Below, in pieces: positions 25,985 to 39,470 of a stretch of DNA of 64,000 nt; the stretch's first letter is position 1; the number at the start of each line of letters is the position of its first letter. Made by a program: the position numbers and the translations under genes. Source of the DNA: Octopus sinensis (Eukaryota); contig NC_043001.1 of NCBI RefSeq assembly GCF_006345805.1, positions 90,148,001 through 90,212,000 of the forward strand, written 5' to 3'. Under the pieces are notes generated by a model. The model was given only the letters and a program-made list of their open reading frames with translations. It was not told the origin of the DNA and did no database searches.

Positions 25985-26155
25985 TACACAGAGAGAGAAA
26001 AACACAGAAAGAAGGAGAGAAAAAAAATGCGTGCAGTAGCTAACGAATCAACATGGCGATCTGATTTCGGCCAGAGGTCAAAGATCAAACATGAGACGCG
26101 AGAGCGAAATAAGGGGAGATAATAGGGTTGATAAAAGGGTTGAGGGACCAGCTAA

Positions 26156-26485
26156 TAGTGCGTAGGAGGGGTCTGGATGTGTGTATGTATAGGGTTGGTG
26201 TATGTATTAGTATGTATAAGGGTGTGTGTGTGTGTGTGTGTGTGTATGAGAGAGTATTAGTGCGTAGGATTGGTCTGGACGTGCGTATGTATGGGGTTGG
26301 TGTATGTATTAGTATGTATTAGTACGTATTGGTATGTATAAGTGTGTGTGTGTGTGTATGAGAGAGTATAAGTGCGTATGCGGGGTCTGGACGTGTGTAT
26401 GTATAGGGTTGGTGTATGTATTAGTATGTACTAGTATGTATTAGTACGTATTAGTATGTATTAGTTGGTGTGTGTATTAGTATGG
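26156..26485. repeat. Three-unit ~105-115 bp minisatellite in the Penelope 3' UTR
   Basis: Units start agtgcgta...ggtctgga.gtg.gtatgtat.gggttggtgtatgtattagtatgta at ~26156, ~26258 and ~26370. Confidence 0.85.
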
Positions 26486-26519
26486 CACATCATATGTGAT
26501 GTGATGTGTAAAGTCATGT

Positions 26520-26840
26520 GGTGTAGTGAGGAGAAGAGGGGGAGGGGGAGAAGAGGGGGGAGAGAAGGGGGAGGGGAAGAAGAGGTGGAGGAGAGGGGGA
26601 AGAGGAGAGGAGGGGAGGAGGGGGATGAAGGAGGAAAGAGGGAGAGGGGGAGAGAGAGGGGGAGAGAGAAGGGGAGAGAGGGAGTGAGGGAGCAGAGGGA
26701 AGGGGAAGAGGGAGGGAGAAAGAGGGAAGAAGGGAAGGGGAGTAGGGGTGAAAGGATGAAGGACTGAAGAAGTAGGGGTCGGGGGAAAGGATAGGTTAGG
26801 AGGGGAGAGGGGGGTTAGATGAGGAGGGGGGAGAGTTGAG
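26520..26840 (+). repeat. G/A-rich polypurine low-complexity tract
   Basis: Almost purely G and A over ~250 bp with many G3-G6 runs. Confidence 0.9.
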
Positions 26841-27610
26841 ACCAAATGGCGTATAAGAGCGAAGAGAGAAGATTAATTCCTGTTCACGGCGCAAACGGGA
26901 ATCCGGATGGCCTCTGTGTAAGGACAAACCGAACACAGATAGGTGTTGCAAGGAGTGACCGGTGGAGCGGAAATGGCGTGAGACCGGTGTGTCGTTCGCA
27001 AGGTGGATGTCACGAAGGTGTTCCGCGAACCGGTCAGCCAAGCGGCGTCCCGTTTGTCCGATGTACAAGGAATTGCAGAGAGAGCAAGAGATGCAATAGA
27101 TAATATTGCTGGAGGTGCAGGTGAAGGAGTGGATGATGGGATAGGGTCGATGGTGGGTGCTAGTGAGGCGGGTGGTGTTGGAGAGGTAAGGGCAAGTGCG
27201 GCAACGTGGGCGGGAGCAGGGGAACGAGCCGGGTTGGGAGGTAGGGTCAGGGAAGGAGCTATGGACCAAAAGGTCTCGAAGGTTGTGGGCTCGTTTGAAA
27301 GAGGGGAGGGGTCGGTTAGGGAAGAGGTGTGAAGTGGACGGGTCGGACTGGAGATGACGGAAAGCTCGAAGAATGGTGCGTTGGAGACGTAGGGTCGTGG
27401 GGTGGTAAGTGAGGGGAAAAGGGAGGCGGGAGACTACAGGGCGGGTTCGGGGAGAGAGAGCAGATACACGGTCCACGGACCGTGCTCTGGCAAGGGCGGT
27501 GTGGATAGTGGTGAGGGGGTATCCACGTAGGGTGAAGTGGTGAGCCATACGTTGAGACTGAGTCTCAAAGTCATGGTCGTCACTACAGAGCCTACGTAGA
27601 CGGAGGAATT
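26796..27610 (-). CDS. C-terminal ~270 aa of a Penelope-like ORF (GIY-YIG endonuclease), uninterrupted
   Basis: IIY...LYIGQTG...RF.EH...E..GLN motif set. The ORF-track N-terminus (27610-27737) is microsatellite and not part of the element. Confidence 0.85.
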
Positions 27611-29730
27611 GGGAATGTATGTATGTATGTATGTATATATACGTAATGTTTATGTACACATGTATGTATACATAAATGTATATATATGTACATTTCCACA
27701 CACAGACATGACAACAAACATGCACACATGCACGCATATTTGCTGTCTGGCGTGTCCAGTAATTATCATTACGTTATTTACCGTGAAATTGAAACTATCG
27801 GATTAAAACTACAGTTTACTAAATAAATCGTAAGCAACTTAACCAGAAAGTATTTACCCTGTTGAATCGTGGGAATCTCGATGCTTCGATTGCTTGGCTC
27901 ACAAACTCATTTCGGTCGTTTCCGTAATTTTAACCTAAATATTATTTTACAGAATTCTAGAATAAACGACACAGAAAGTAAGCGAACTTCTGTTAACAGT
28001 TGCGATACGTTTATTGTTCTTTCTGAGAGCACAGCGTAGGACGTGTGACAATGATTTGATTTTCCATCAAAGGAGCTATTAATGCTAATATAATCCTCCC
28101 TAGCCGTTTTGTCTCTAAATATGTAAAAAAGAATTTTGTTTTTAAAGTAATCCATCTATAAATGTTTTGATGTTACTGGAAAATTATATCAATCGAATGT
28201 CGAAAGATTAATGTAATGGATTGTTGATTCTATATCAGCTGCCAACCAAATTTTCTAACTAAGCTAACTGGAAATTCCAATGTTGTTTGGAACGTTCAGT
28301 TAATGGCAAATGAGTTTCTAGTCCTATTTTAAACTTAATTGTGTCTCAAAGTCTCTAGAACTTTATCTCGCTTCTTTCATCTTTCAAATATCAGAATAGC
28401 AACACTGCAATGCAAAAACACATACAGAGTAAACAGCAGACGGTAAAGAACCTGATTTAACATTTTTATTCGCATTCTTCGATTATTTCTGCTCGAGAAC
28501 TAAACTGACGCATGTGCACGCGCACACATATATTATGCACTTATAAAAATAAAATAACATATAAGAATCTTATCACAAAACCTGTGAGACAAACAATAAC
28601 TATGTAATAAGTGTTAAGGAGAAGGAGGTCCTTGGGAGCACATACTCATTGATGAGGTTATAGTATGTGAGGAAAGGACGTTGATAGAGAAATCGATTAA
28701 CCTTTTGGTCAGTTGATTATTGGCCAAATAGACTGGTAATAATACTGAAGTGAAATATGCCCAGTGCGTGTGTTTTTATTGACAGCATGACCCAAATACA
28801 GCACTATGATTTTACATATTGATATAATTGCACGAGTTATTATGGTGTTCCAAATAGTTTACACGGGGAAAAGAAATTATTAAATTATTCTGGAATAAAT
28901 CTAGGAATATTCCATCAAAAAATCGAGCAAGCAACGTAAATTAGAAGGTAAGACCAGAAGCTTATTGTACATTTTTACGCAGATAACCATATCTGATGTA
29001 ATATATATATTTATGCATCCAACACGCTGGTGTAGTAAATCGAATCAGTAGCTTGAATAAATTATCATCAGAATAATCGATTCAGAAGATTTTAAGAGAA
29101 ATAAGGCAGGTAGTGTTCACTTTTCTGCCCACAAACACCTCTAAATGCCATCTAATAAAAAATCTCTTTATATATTTGCGTGCTAACTGTCACATCAGTC
29201 TCGGAGGTGATAGCGAGCAAATAAATGCATGCAAATGTATATTTTAAAGCCTTTCGTTCGATGAACTATTTCCCGTAGAACGCTACTTCATATTTATAGA
29301 TATCCGATATTTCTTCTCATTAAAAATACAATTAAGATTTTTTCCTTTTATTTCATTTTATATCTTATACTCGGAATGAAAGTTATTTAAGTATCAGGGT
29401 GTCAGGTACGTATTATGCTGTCTATACAGGCGCCTGCTATGCAATCGCTGTAGACATAAGTGTGAAGCTGTCGATACAGATCTTGAAAGTCATTAATTAG
29501 TTTATTCCGAAGCTGGTAGTAACCATTTTAGAAAGCATGTGTATATGGCTCCACGTCAGATTAATGGGAAATTATTAGCTTTAAAACGGGAATCTATGCA
29601 TATTTGCTGCACAAAGCAGATACAATTCTAAAAGAAAACATTTTCACACAAGTGCCATGTAAGCATACACAGACACACACACACACATATATGCACACAC
29701 ATACACACATACACACACACGTATATATAA

Positions 29731-30092
29731 GGTGCAGGAGTGGCTGTGTGGTAAGAAGCTTGCTGCGTGGCACCTTGGGTAAGTGTCTTCTACTATAGCC
29801 TCGAGCTGACCAAAACCTTGTGAGTGGATTTGGTAGACGGAAACTGAAAGAAGCCAGTCGTATATATACATGCATACGCACACACACACACGCACACATA
29901 TATATGAATTTGTGTGTCTGTGTTTGACAACCAATTTTCGTGTGTTTACGTCCCCGTAACTTAGCGGGTCGACAAAAGTGACCGATAGAATAAGTACTAG
30001 GCTCACAAAGAATAAGTCCTGGGATCGATTTGTTCGACTAAAGGCGGTGCTCCAGCATGGCCGCAATCAGATGACTGAAACGAGTAAGAGAA
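29731..30092 (+). mobile_element. CORE-like tRNA SINE, near full length
   Basis: Aligns with 9840-10282, with a deletion in the head. Confidence 0.85.
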
Positions 30093-30197
30093 TAGCAGAA
30101 TAAAAGAATTTATATGTAAGGGCATGTATACATGAAAGTGTATCTATCTAAAAATATGACATGCACGTATGCGGTCTCGCTTGTGTATGTGTGTGTT

Positions 30198-30275
<78 letters not shown>

Positions 30276-30749
30276 CGCGCGTCTGAGAGCGTGTGCATAC
30301 ATACATCATATGTATAATGGTGAGCTGCCAAAATTTAACAACCGGTTTGCTTAGCTGCCCGAATTTTAACAACAGACTCGCTAAGTAAACATAATTTTAA
30401 ACCACGGTATCTTTCTTTCTTTCTTTCTTCTTTTTTCTTCATCAAAAATAAATCAGAATATGGAGATAAAATGAATCTGCCGAAAATGGTGACGTTCTGC
30501 GTTAAGAAAATCAATAAATATAAATTTTGGAATATTGCTGAAGTTTATTTACCGTGAGGCTTATGGATGAACGTTTCACGACTTCAGTCTTCCGTTGGGG
30601 AGTGAGGACATTTAGGATAAAATGAACTTGCGGGATTAATTGCTTTGCAGTCTTGCGCTGAGGTGCAGATAACATCTCTTCAGGCTCTTTCTTCTTTCAT
30701 TGCATCAAGCTTTATCAAGATATATTTTTAGGTCGTCTGCTAGGTTCTC

Positions 30750-30822
<73 letters not shown>

Positions 30823-31059
30823 CACACACACAAGCACACAAAGTATAGAAAATTAGTATAAACAACAGTTTGCAATGTTTCACCAAACAAGGAAAACTAT
30901 AATTGTCACTAAATGTGACTAGGGTGTTAAAAATACCTACATTGCCAGAAATAAGAGCTAAAATGCTCTAACGCTGTAGTCAAAGCACATAACTGCATAC
31001 ATGTATACTGACAAGGACAGTAATCGCCCGAAAACACACTAGTTACATATATATATAGT

Positions 31060-31119
<60 letters not shown>

Positions 31120-31506
31120 ACATGCCCCCACACACATACATACACATATACGCACATTCACACATAGGTAAATATTAATAGTCATGCGCATTTCATTATT
31201 GGCGAAATAGAAAATATACTTTACAAATCTTCCGAAATTAATATTAAAATAGAAGGTTTGATACAGCAAACACAGTGATTAGCTTTCAGTTCAAAAGATT
31301 AAGGGCTAACTGAATCTCTACGACGTGTGTGGGCGGAGTTATTTGACTTTGTGCTGAAGTTATCATCATAGTTTTTTTTTTCCGATTACGTCCTTATTTG
31401 GCATCCACCCAAAACTTAACAACCTGTTCTTATTCGGCAAGAAGATAGATAAAAAAGAAAAAAAAGAAAGACCATCAATTAGTTCGCGTGAAACCTGAGC
31501 TAATTA

Positions 31507-31660
31507 CGAGGGGGTGCTGAAAAGTTCTTGGCTCTAAGTTCTTTTATAGGATTTAGAAAAACTGAAGGACCGCTTCAATAAGTGAGTGAATCTGAGAGAG
31601 GAATGTGTTGAATAAAATCATAATTAGTTGATTCCCCTATATTTTCTTTTACTCCTCGTG
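31507..31660 (+). mobile_element. Mariner-type MITE fragment
   Basis: TA|cgagggggtgctgaaaagttc resembles the mariner TIR at 2804; right TIR not clearly found. Confidence 0.4.
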
Positions 31661-32303
31661 TATGTATATATATATTCGAAACCATTAGGTACTGGGGTCG
31701 ATTTCACTGCGTCATTTTTATAATCTCGGGTGTACCCAAACATTATGACAGAAAATGAGTACTCGGAAACTGTATAGAGGCTCGTCGGTGGATTGTACTT
31801 ATGATTCATAAATGTACAGCCTTGTGACGCACTCTATATCGCTCTTTCAGCATAAGAATGAAGTTAATGATACACTGGTCTGTGGAATATTCTGGTCTGT
31901 TTATTCAGGAGCAAGTAATCCACTTCCTTAAACAACTGAATTTTCTTCGTCAAACTATGGGAATACACCAGCACTAACAGTACTATCATTAATTTATTAT
32001 ATGTCTATAAAAATAACAAAAAAATATTTATATGTTCATCTATACATAATTTACATGATCCTGTGTACTCGCCCACGCTTGTCTCTGACCTTGTACACAC
32101 GGACACATGCACCTCACTATATATGTATATTATGTATTATAAAATCTTCCCGTCCATTTCCCCGTTTTCGACCTCATACCAAATATGAGAACTATTTTAG
32201 AGCAGTTTGTAGATATTTAAAATCTACATCAGGTGTATTGGGGTTGTTCCTCCAGCAGCACCGTTAATTATAATCATATATTTATAATCATATACTTAAA
32301 TAA

Positions 32304-32402
<99 letters not shown>

Positions 32403-32600
32403 GTTTATAAAGTGTGTGTGAAAGAGAGAGGTAGAGGATCAAATGAGATCCAGAAACACTCAATATAGAAACGGTTAAGTAGCGCTCAAATGATTTGAAC
32501 TCACACCCCGAAATCTTTATCGAGCACCAAGTCCGCGAGGTAGAGACTGACTATAGGAGGAATGCAGGTGAACAGTTATGCAAACAAGTAGATCAGCACG

Positions 32601-32638
<38 letters not shown>

Positions 32639-34204
32639 TACGTATGTACCTACGTATGTATGTATGTATGTATGTATGTATGTATGTATGTATGTATGTA
32701 TGTATGTATGTATGTATGTATGTATGTATGCATGTATGTATGTATGCATGCATGTATATACACAAAGCACACATACATATTGAAGAGATCGAAGCATTAC
32801 TTTTCGCCTCTCAGGAGGGAACTGAAAAATGAATTTCCTTGCACAAGTTCAGGATTTGTAAAATGTCATTTGATAATACGACTGCATCAAATGCACTGGA
32901 AACTAAAGTAAAATAAATAAAAGAAAAAAAAGATTTGCAAAAATGTTAAGTAGGTCACAGAACGGGCTTAGTCAGAGCTTGCCGCTTAGTCTACGAAGCT
33001 ATATAACTGATTATGCTCGCAGGCAAAATATCACCGAAGAAATAAGTCATCGTGCACGAAAAGTATTTAGACAGCTGTGGTCATTGGCTTATTTAACTGG
33101 GTATTACCACCTGGTAATTTCATTCAGTGTAATATAATCTAAAGTTTTCTGCTATTTCAACAAAAGAAGCTTTATATGCTGTTGCTTAGCCATGATTGAG
33201 CTGGCTTTTGATCAAAACTATCCCATAACTTGGACTACGATATTAGCAGATATTTGCACAATTCAAGAGTTTGAGTTGTGCAAGTGTGAATTATTGTTTG
33301 AGTTGTTCGACCTGTGTGAATATTGAAGTCTTAAATATGTAATGCGTAGTGAAATGGACAAGGTTAGATTGCTTCTGATCTTGTGATATTTGGTTGCTGC
33401 TCCTAGCTCCTTTCCATGAAAAACAACCTCATATGCGTTATTTCTAAAGATAATTGGCTATTTTTGGAAGAAGCGTGTCTATAATTGGATAATTGATAGA
33501 AGAAACTTCATCTAAATTCTATATATAATTGAGAACATGGTTTTGCTTTCATCAGATGCTTATCTCAAGTGCTTCTCTTTTCACTGACAGCCAGATAATA
33601 GGAGGCGGTGATAGAAATGTATATAACGGTACGATGTACTGAGCCTGATGGGGTATCGAACAAACTGGGTAAGATTTAACGGTTTGTATTTTATTAACCA
33701 GCAATACATTGTGTTCGTAGCGATGGGATACTAAACTCCACAAGCTCAATGTCATCTACTTCTGAATGTGTATCGCAAATAGTCTAATTTATCTATGTAA
33801 GTTGGGGGCAGCACAATAAATCTAACGTCGTAGGTTCTCTTACTCCCGTGGTGATTGTATCTTCTCTGCTTAATGCTATGTAAAAAAGAGGGAATACAAG
33901 GCCAGAAAATTGCGTAAGTCATATAGTGATAAATGATAACTCTAGTAAAAAATAATAACCTTAACCAGTTGAGAATGTTCCTTAGCGGTTTAGTGGTTTC
34001 GGCTTTTATATCCCTTAAAACTGCCCGAATATTTTCTTTTCTTTCTACCTTCTTTCAGTTTCAATATGCTTCTCCTTGTGTTCAAACTTTTCCATGCACT
34101 GTCTAATATTCATTCGATTTGACTTTTTCACTTCTAGAAGCAATGGTTCAGTACCATTCTTTATGTACCACGCTATACTGTTCTCTTCTGTTCTCACATT
34201 ATGT

Positions 34205-34510
34205 GCATCTCTGATCATGAGCAGAAGCAGTAGGGGGAGCATCATAGCCATGTGTTGAGAGTAATTCTTTGGGGTTTGAATAATTTACCTCTGGAAATAT
34301 GGGTGTTTCGTTCAACATCCTAAAACAACTTTTATTCAGTGACCATTTGTGCGGGATGGGCTACTCGACCTGAAGAAAATTCTAACTGGGTCCCACCTGC
34401 AAGTCATGCACTGTTTATCTTGATATGGGATCAACATATCGCGCACATACGGTTGTGATGCATGTATCTGGTGTACCCTTATCAGACAGGTAGTCATGAT
34501 GGGCATACAT
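34205..34510 (+). mobile_element. Internal fragment of the ~600 bp non-coding repeat also found at 53985-54642
   Basis: gcatctctgatca...catcatagccatgtgttgag...gggtgtttcgttcaacatcc...ccttatcagac.ggtagtcatga aligns across both pieces at 54 kb. Confidence 0.85.
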
Positions 34511-34659
34511 AGATTTAATATCAATTGTTTCTTCACCGTAAACTGCGCCAAAGTTTTGAGAAAGGTAAATTTAGTGTAAATGTCAGAAATGCAATTTAGG
34601 CGACATGCGGCAACGCACATTTCTGTCAGTTTCAATCAGTCTCGCAACTCCATTTTGAA

Positions 34660-36500
34660 AAGAAAGAGACGGTAATATCCTAATAATTTAGTAGAGAAAT
34701 ATTAGAAGACCTGATAAGCGTTTAGCCCAGTTACTTTGAGCTTTTCACCAAAAGTTTAATAACTTATAGAAAATCCCACTTTTTAATTTTTGCAGCATTT
34801 AATTTTTTAAATATTTCTGAGAAAAACTGAAATTCCTTTTTGTTCTTACTTATGACCTTAACAAATACTTTTGTTAAACCATGCTTAATGTGATGAGATG
34901 ATAAAAGCATGTTCTACAGATCAAACAAAGGTACTGTTTGAATGCTGTTTCTTTCAGAAATATATTAAAACTTAGCTGACCAGTCTCGTCTATTATAATG
35001 TCATGTTAAAGCATCACTGTTCCCAAACGTAGCAAACAGCAGTAGCGTTCGGTGAATTATCCTCACGTGCCCATCAACACATCTGTAACTAAGATTAAGA
35101 GTCCATTGGTGATCGTTGCATTGAATTTCATAAAATTAGGATCTCCATTTTAACATAAGAATCTTTTATCTTTTAAATCTAGTGAATGAGAGGCGATGAT
35201 AGATGGTTTTAAAATTACCATTGTGCAAAAGAACAGCTTTTAAACCAAGTAATGATGAATCTGCAAAATATCACAATTCATTAACAACATGTTTTTCAGA
35301 TAAACTTGCGAAAAGTTCATTAATGTCATGACAATAATAAAGAGGATCATCCACTTTGAAATAAACTGATAGATGAAGCTTTCACTTTGTGTTATGACTC
35401 ACTGTTATATTTTAATTCAATCAATTACCTTTCTTTCATAGGAGAAACGAAAAGCTTTGACTTATAATCTTTTACCAGTTCTAAATCCCTAGAATATCTC
35501 TCAAACATACTGCGTGTAAGAGACTTGACCCTATATACATTTCTGGTGCCAATTTGGAACCTGACGAAATTCTATGAGCATCATCTGCAATTGCAACTTT
35601 TCTGCTATTTATTTAACCTTGAATGGATTTGAACCTATCATCAGGAGGAATAGAATCGACGTTTCAGTTAATGGCTGACGGGGGTGGGAAGGGGGTTATT
35701 AAGGGAGTAGGTGGAAAATTTGGCGGGGTTCGGAATGGAACTGATCAGAGTTATTGACGCAGTTGTTGTGGGAATTAAGGTTTGATATACATTTATGTTG
35801 GTGGGTTGTACCGCAGAAATTAGTTTATCAACGATCCGTTACGTTGGGATAAATTTGGACCCAAGGCTAAGAAACTCGTGCTTAGAGTGGAAGAAAGACC
35901 CAGTCAAGTCCTTTACGAGTGGTTGTTGTCGGATGGTGGTGTCAGATTGTGTGTTGAAGTAATTATTTGCATCAGTATTATAAGAACTATGTGTGTACGG
36001 GTGGGAATAGTGTATATTACAGATCATAAGAAATTTACGTTTGGGCCACGATTTTTCAAAGACAGCGCTTAATGAAAGCTTCGGTCCAAAGTAGTTGTCA
36101 AATCACATAGTCGTCCAGAACAAACAATATTTAATCAGTTGTTGCGAGTCTACTTGTGGGATCCATATTGGAAGTTAATATATTCTTATTACTGAAAGCT
36201 CGTTATTACAACAGTCATTCAAGGGGGTCTTTCTATTCCCTTCATATCATTGACGCTGCAAAAGAGCTTGTTGCCTTGTTTTTCTTCAAACTGCCACGCA
36301 ATCTAATTGAACAAGGTGTATAAATTTAATGAGGTGTCTACAATGCTTCTTGGTCACCCAGCTCACAGTTAAAATATGGCTTGTATATCTTTCTAAGACT
36401 GTTGTAATGTCAGACAGTTGTAATATTGTTGTAAAATTACTACAAACGTAGCAATACAAAGTGTATGGGTTAATTATAAATTCTCTTGACATGGTGACAG
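34660..36500 (-). pseudogene. Degenerate Chapaev3-like (CMC) DNA transposase relic
   Basis: Manual translation gives YCYVCSNFT, DCELGDQE, PCSIRLRG, RDLELVKD, DSSLLGLKAVLLHNGNF, HHIKHGLTKVFVK, in the order expected from my recall of Chapaev3 transposases (FCYVCG, GDQDK.WAPH, LVRDL.LSK, DSS..SLKAVLLHNGN, PLHIKLGLMKQFVK). Confidence 0.75.
35615..36110 (-). mobile_element. Probable Penelope-like fragment inserted in the Chapaev3 relic
   Basis: Interrupts colinearity of the transposase; ORF 35839-36027 ends HEFLSLGSKFIPT, like the LSLGPKFIPT motif upstream of Penelope RTs. Confidence 0.4.
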
Positions 36501-37990
36501 TTTAGTCATGCTACGTAGTATTCTTAAAAGAAGCAAAAATGTTTCCTGTAGTAGATGAATCAATATATTTATATTTTTATGAAAAAAAAATCAAGATTAA
36601 AAAAAAATTGCTTTATGGTTGGATCGTAATTTAAGATTCAAATTGAAGATAGACAATGAGTCGCCATCATAAAAGCATGCTATGTAATCGACTAATCAAT
36701 CCCCGTGAAATTGTTGGCCTTTTGCCAAATATGAAATCGATATTAAAGGAATATTAAAGGTGTCATTACTATAACTTCCTTAATAAAGTGAAAAAAATCT
36801 CTCCTTACCGTTACCACCACACACGCAAAAAAAAAAAAAAAAAATTATAACATATCGTATTCCATTGGTAAATAGATTAAAATACATGCAATTAAAGAAG
36901 TGAATGAAACTGTTATGAAGAAAGACACTTAGCAATGTTCTAAAGTGAATGCTGTTAAATACAAATGCAATGCGAAAAAGCATTACATTTGTATGGAAGG
37001 TAGAATAATACCTGAGCTTCAACATTGCAAGTTTTGTAGCCAAATCGTAAGTCAACTTTCAGATGTTTAAATATTTTTATGGTTATATTGAATATTATAG
37101 TTCCAGCCTAACGTGTATAAACGATGGCAGTTTGTTTGCCGAGTGCTTTAAAAGAGTTATGTAAAATGAAATAACACTTTCCAATATTTGGTTGGTTACG
37201 TGATAAAATGCATTATTTTCTTCTGGAATATTTTAGTAACGGATACCGACAGTGTAACAATAATATCTAGCTATTGCAGAGGATATGTACCTTGTCTTTT
37301 TTGTGTATTACAGATATACCGTCTTGTATCCAAAACGAACAATATTCGCTTCTGAAATATTACAGCAATAGCTACCGACGATGCATCAACAATGATTGGC
37401 TGTTTTAGAAGTTTTCTTACAAAATTCAAGGAAAATTTTCGCACTGTACCTATTATTCGTCGTATTACAGAGTTATGATCTTGTACCCAAGAAACTGCCT
37501 TAAAACTCGAATCAGTAAAATGTTAATCAATAAAATTAAAGCTCATGTTCTCAATTTAAAGCTGGCTGAAATGTTATATGAAATATAAAAAGTGAAGTAT
37601 TTAATCAATGTTCACACGGGGGTAAGATGTTTGTCAAGAGGTGACACCTTGCAAAGACTTGTCGGCTTAGAATATTTGTATTAGAGCAGGCATAATCGAA
37701 TAATTAAGAAGTACTCTTGCCGAACAGTATGACATAGAATCAATCCTAATGGGAAGACACATTAGAGAATTTTTTTTACCGTTGGATAAGTTTCTTCTAC
37801 TCGGGTCAACTGAATTCTGAATGAAGTTAAGTTAGACAGAAACTCCGTGAGAGCTCATTGGATGCCGGGTTGAGGATTTTGTTAAAGATACAAGTGCATG
37901 CGGAATACTCAGACATTTACACTATGATTCAATGAATACACAGTTTCTTTGATTATACAATTGATCATACGACTCGTATTCGAAACCGAG

Positions 37991-38073
<83 letters not shown>

Positions 38074-38789
38074 TACGCAAAACAACACACAATACACGTA
38101 TTTATTGATTTATTTCATCGACCAAAGTTGTCAGATTTAAAGAGTTTGAGAAATTGGAATTTGTGACGTCCATATATATCCCGAAGGTATCAACATAAGA
38201 GAATTAATTTGGCTTCAACAGAAAATTGAAACCTGTTCGTATATTTGACTCTCTGGGGACTTACCGCAACTCCATGGTGGATACCTAATGCATGTCTCAC
38301 GTATTTATAATCAAGAATTATTGATTTTTGAAAAATTTTCTCCAGCTCTCCATCTCTCCTCTTCTCTCTCTCTCTTTTTCTCCCTTTCTCTCTCTCTCTC
38401 TCTCTCTGTGTCTCACTCTTTCTCTCTCTCTCTCTCTCTTTGAAATAGCAATCACTCGTCAACATAGCTAGCTATTGTGCGCTTTGAAAATTCTAGAAAT
38501 AGTTTACGAAGTAAAATAGGAATTATAAGTAAATATTTTTTTTAAATCACGTTTTGTTTCTATATGATAACGTTTATAGTAATTTTGACATCACAGTGAC
38601 GTCTAAATTTGAAGATTATTTTAAGTGCGGCGAGGAAAACGTTTTGTGACGATATCAAAATAGGCTGAAGGTCAAATTTAGTACGGAGGGGTAAGAAGAA
38701 TCGATTACACGATATATAATTGTTTAAAGAACTTCAGAGGGATTTAAAGGTCTGTAGAAACTATAAAAATAAAAATAATAATAAATATA

Positions 38790-39021
38790 TTTCTTTACTA
38801 CCCACAAGGGGCTAAAGACAGAGGGGATAAACAAGGACAGACAAACGGATTAAGTCGATTATATCGACCCTAGTGCGTAACTGGTACTTAATTTATCGAC
38901 CCCGAAAGGATGAAAGGCGAAGTTGACCTCGGCGGAATTTGAACTCAGAACGTAACGACAGACGAAATACGGCTACGCATTTCGCCTGGTGTGCTAACGT
39001 TTCTGCCAACTCGCTGCCTTA
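38790..39021 (-). mobile_element. Full-length tRNA-derived SINE, second family
   Basis: Reverse complement reads ggcagcgagttggcagaaacgttagcacacc...gagttcaaattccgccgaggtcaac...tttagccccttgtgggtagtaaagaaa. Confidence 0.85.
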
Positions 39022-39129
39022 ATAATGATAATAAAACAATCATTTAAGGAAAGGAATGAGTCGACGCATAATGTGGAGAAAAGATCTAGTTCACTTCCGG
39101 AACCGTTTCTAAATATTCTCCCAATATGC

Positions 39130-39470
39130 GCAGGTATGGCTGAGCGGTTAAGAAGCTCGCTTTATAATTATGTGGTTTTAGGTTCAGTTTCACTGCACAG
39201 CATCTGAAGCAGAGTCTTCTACTGTATTCCAGGGACGACCAATACCTTCGGAGTAACTTGGTAGACAGAAATTGCGTGGAAGCCCATAATATTTATGCAT
39301 ATATACGTGCACACACGCGTGTGTATGTGTCTTCGCGTGTTTGCTATGTTTATGTGTATGTGTCTTTGCTAGTGTTTGACGACCATTTTTGGTTTGTTTG
39401 CTTCCCCGTAACTTAACGGGTTGACAAAACAAGGCCCATAGGATAAGTACAGTTATTGAAACAAGAGGAA
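39130..39470 (+). mobile_element. Diverged CORE-like SINE
   Basis: gcaggtatggctgagcggttaagaagc...ggttcagtttcactgc...gtcttctact; tail gataagtac. Confidence 0.65.

Larger units (their letters stand above)
25850..27610 (-). mobile_element. 5'-truncated Penelope-like element (RT thumb + GIY-YIG endonuclease, 3' UTR, terminal repeat with hammerhead)
   Basis: ORF 26796-27737 contains FLRLRRLCSD...F..RGYP, FPCSRPRCRTC, FTCTSSNIIYCISCSLC, LYIGQTGRRLADRFAEH, RLRREQELIFSLRSYTPFGLN. Confidence 0.92.

Noticed and set aside
26156-26485. CRISPR-like array
   Set aside because: The units are long degenerate tandem repeats without unique spacers, in eukaryotic retroelement context.
26846-27332. Plus-strand ORFs of 85 and 109 aa
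   Set aside because: Antisense shadows of the Penelope ORF.
32943-33137. 64 aa ORF with a possible donor site after YYHL
   Set aside because: No recognisable homology, and splicing to the next candidate exon reaches a stop within 16 codons.
35638-35665. Minus-strand GAAACGTC followed by CTGATGA, a possible permuted hammerhead
   Set aside because: The intervening 13 nt do not form stem I and no stem II partner is present.
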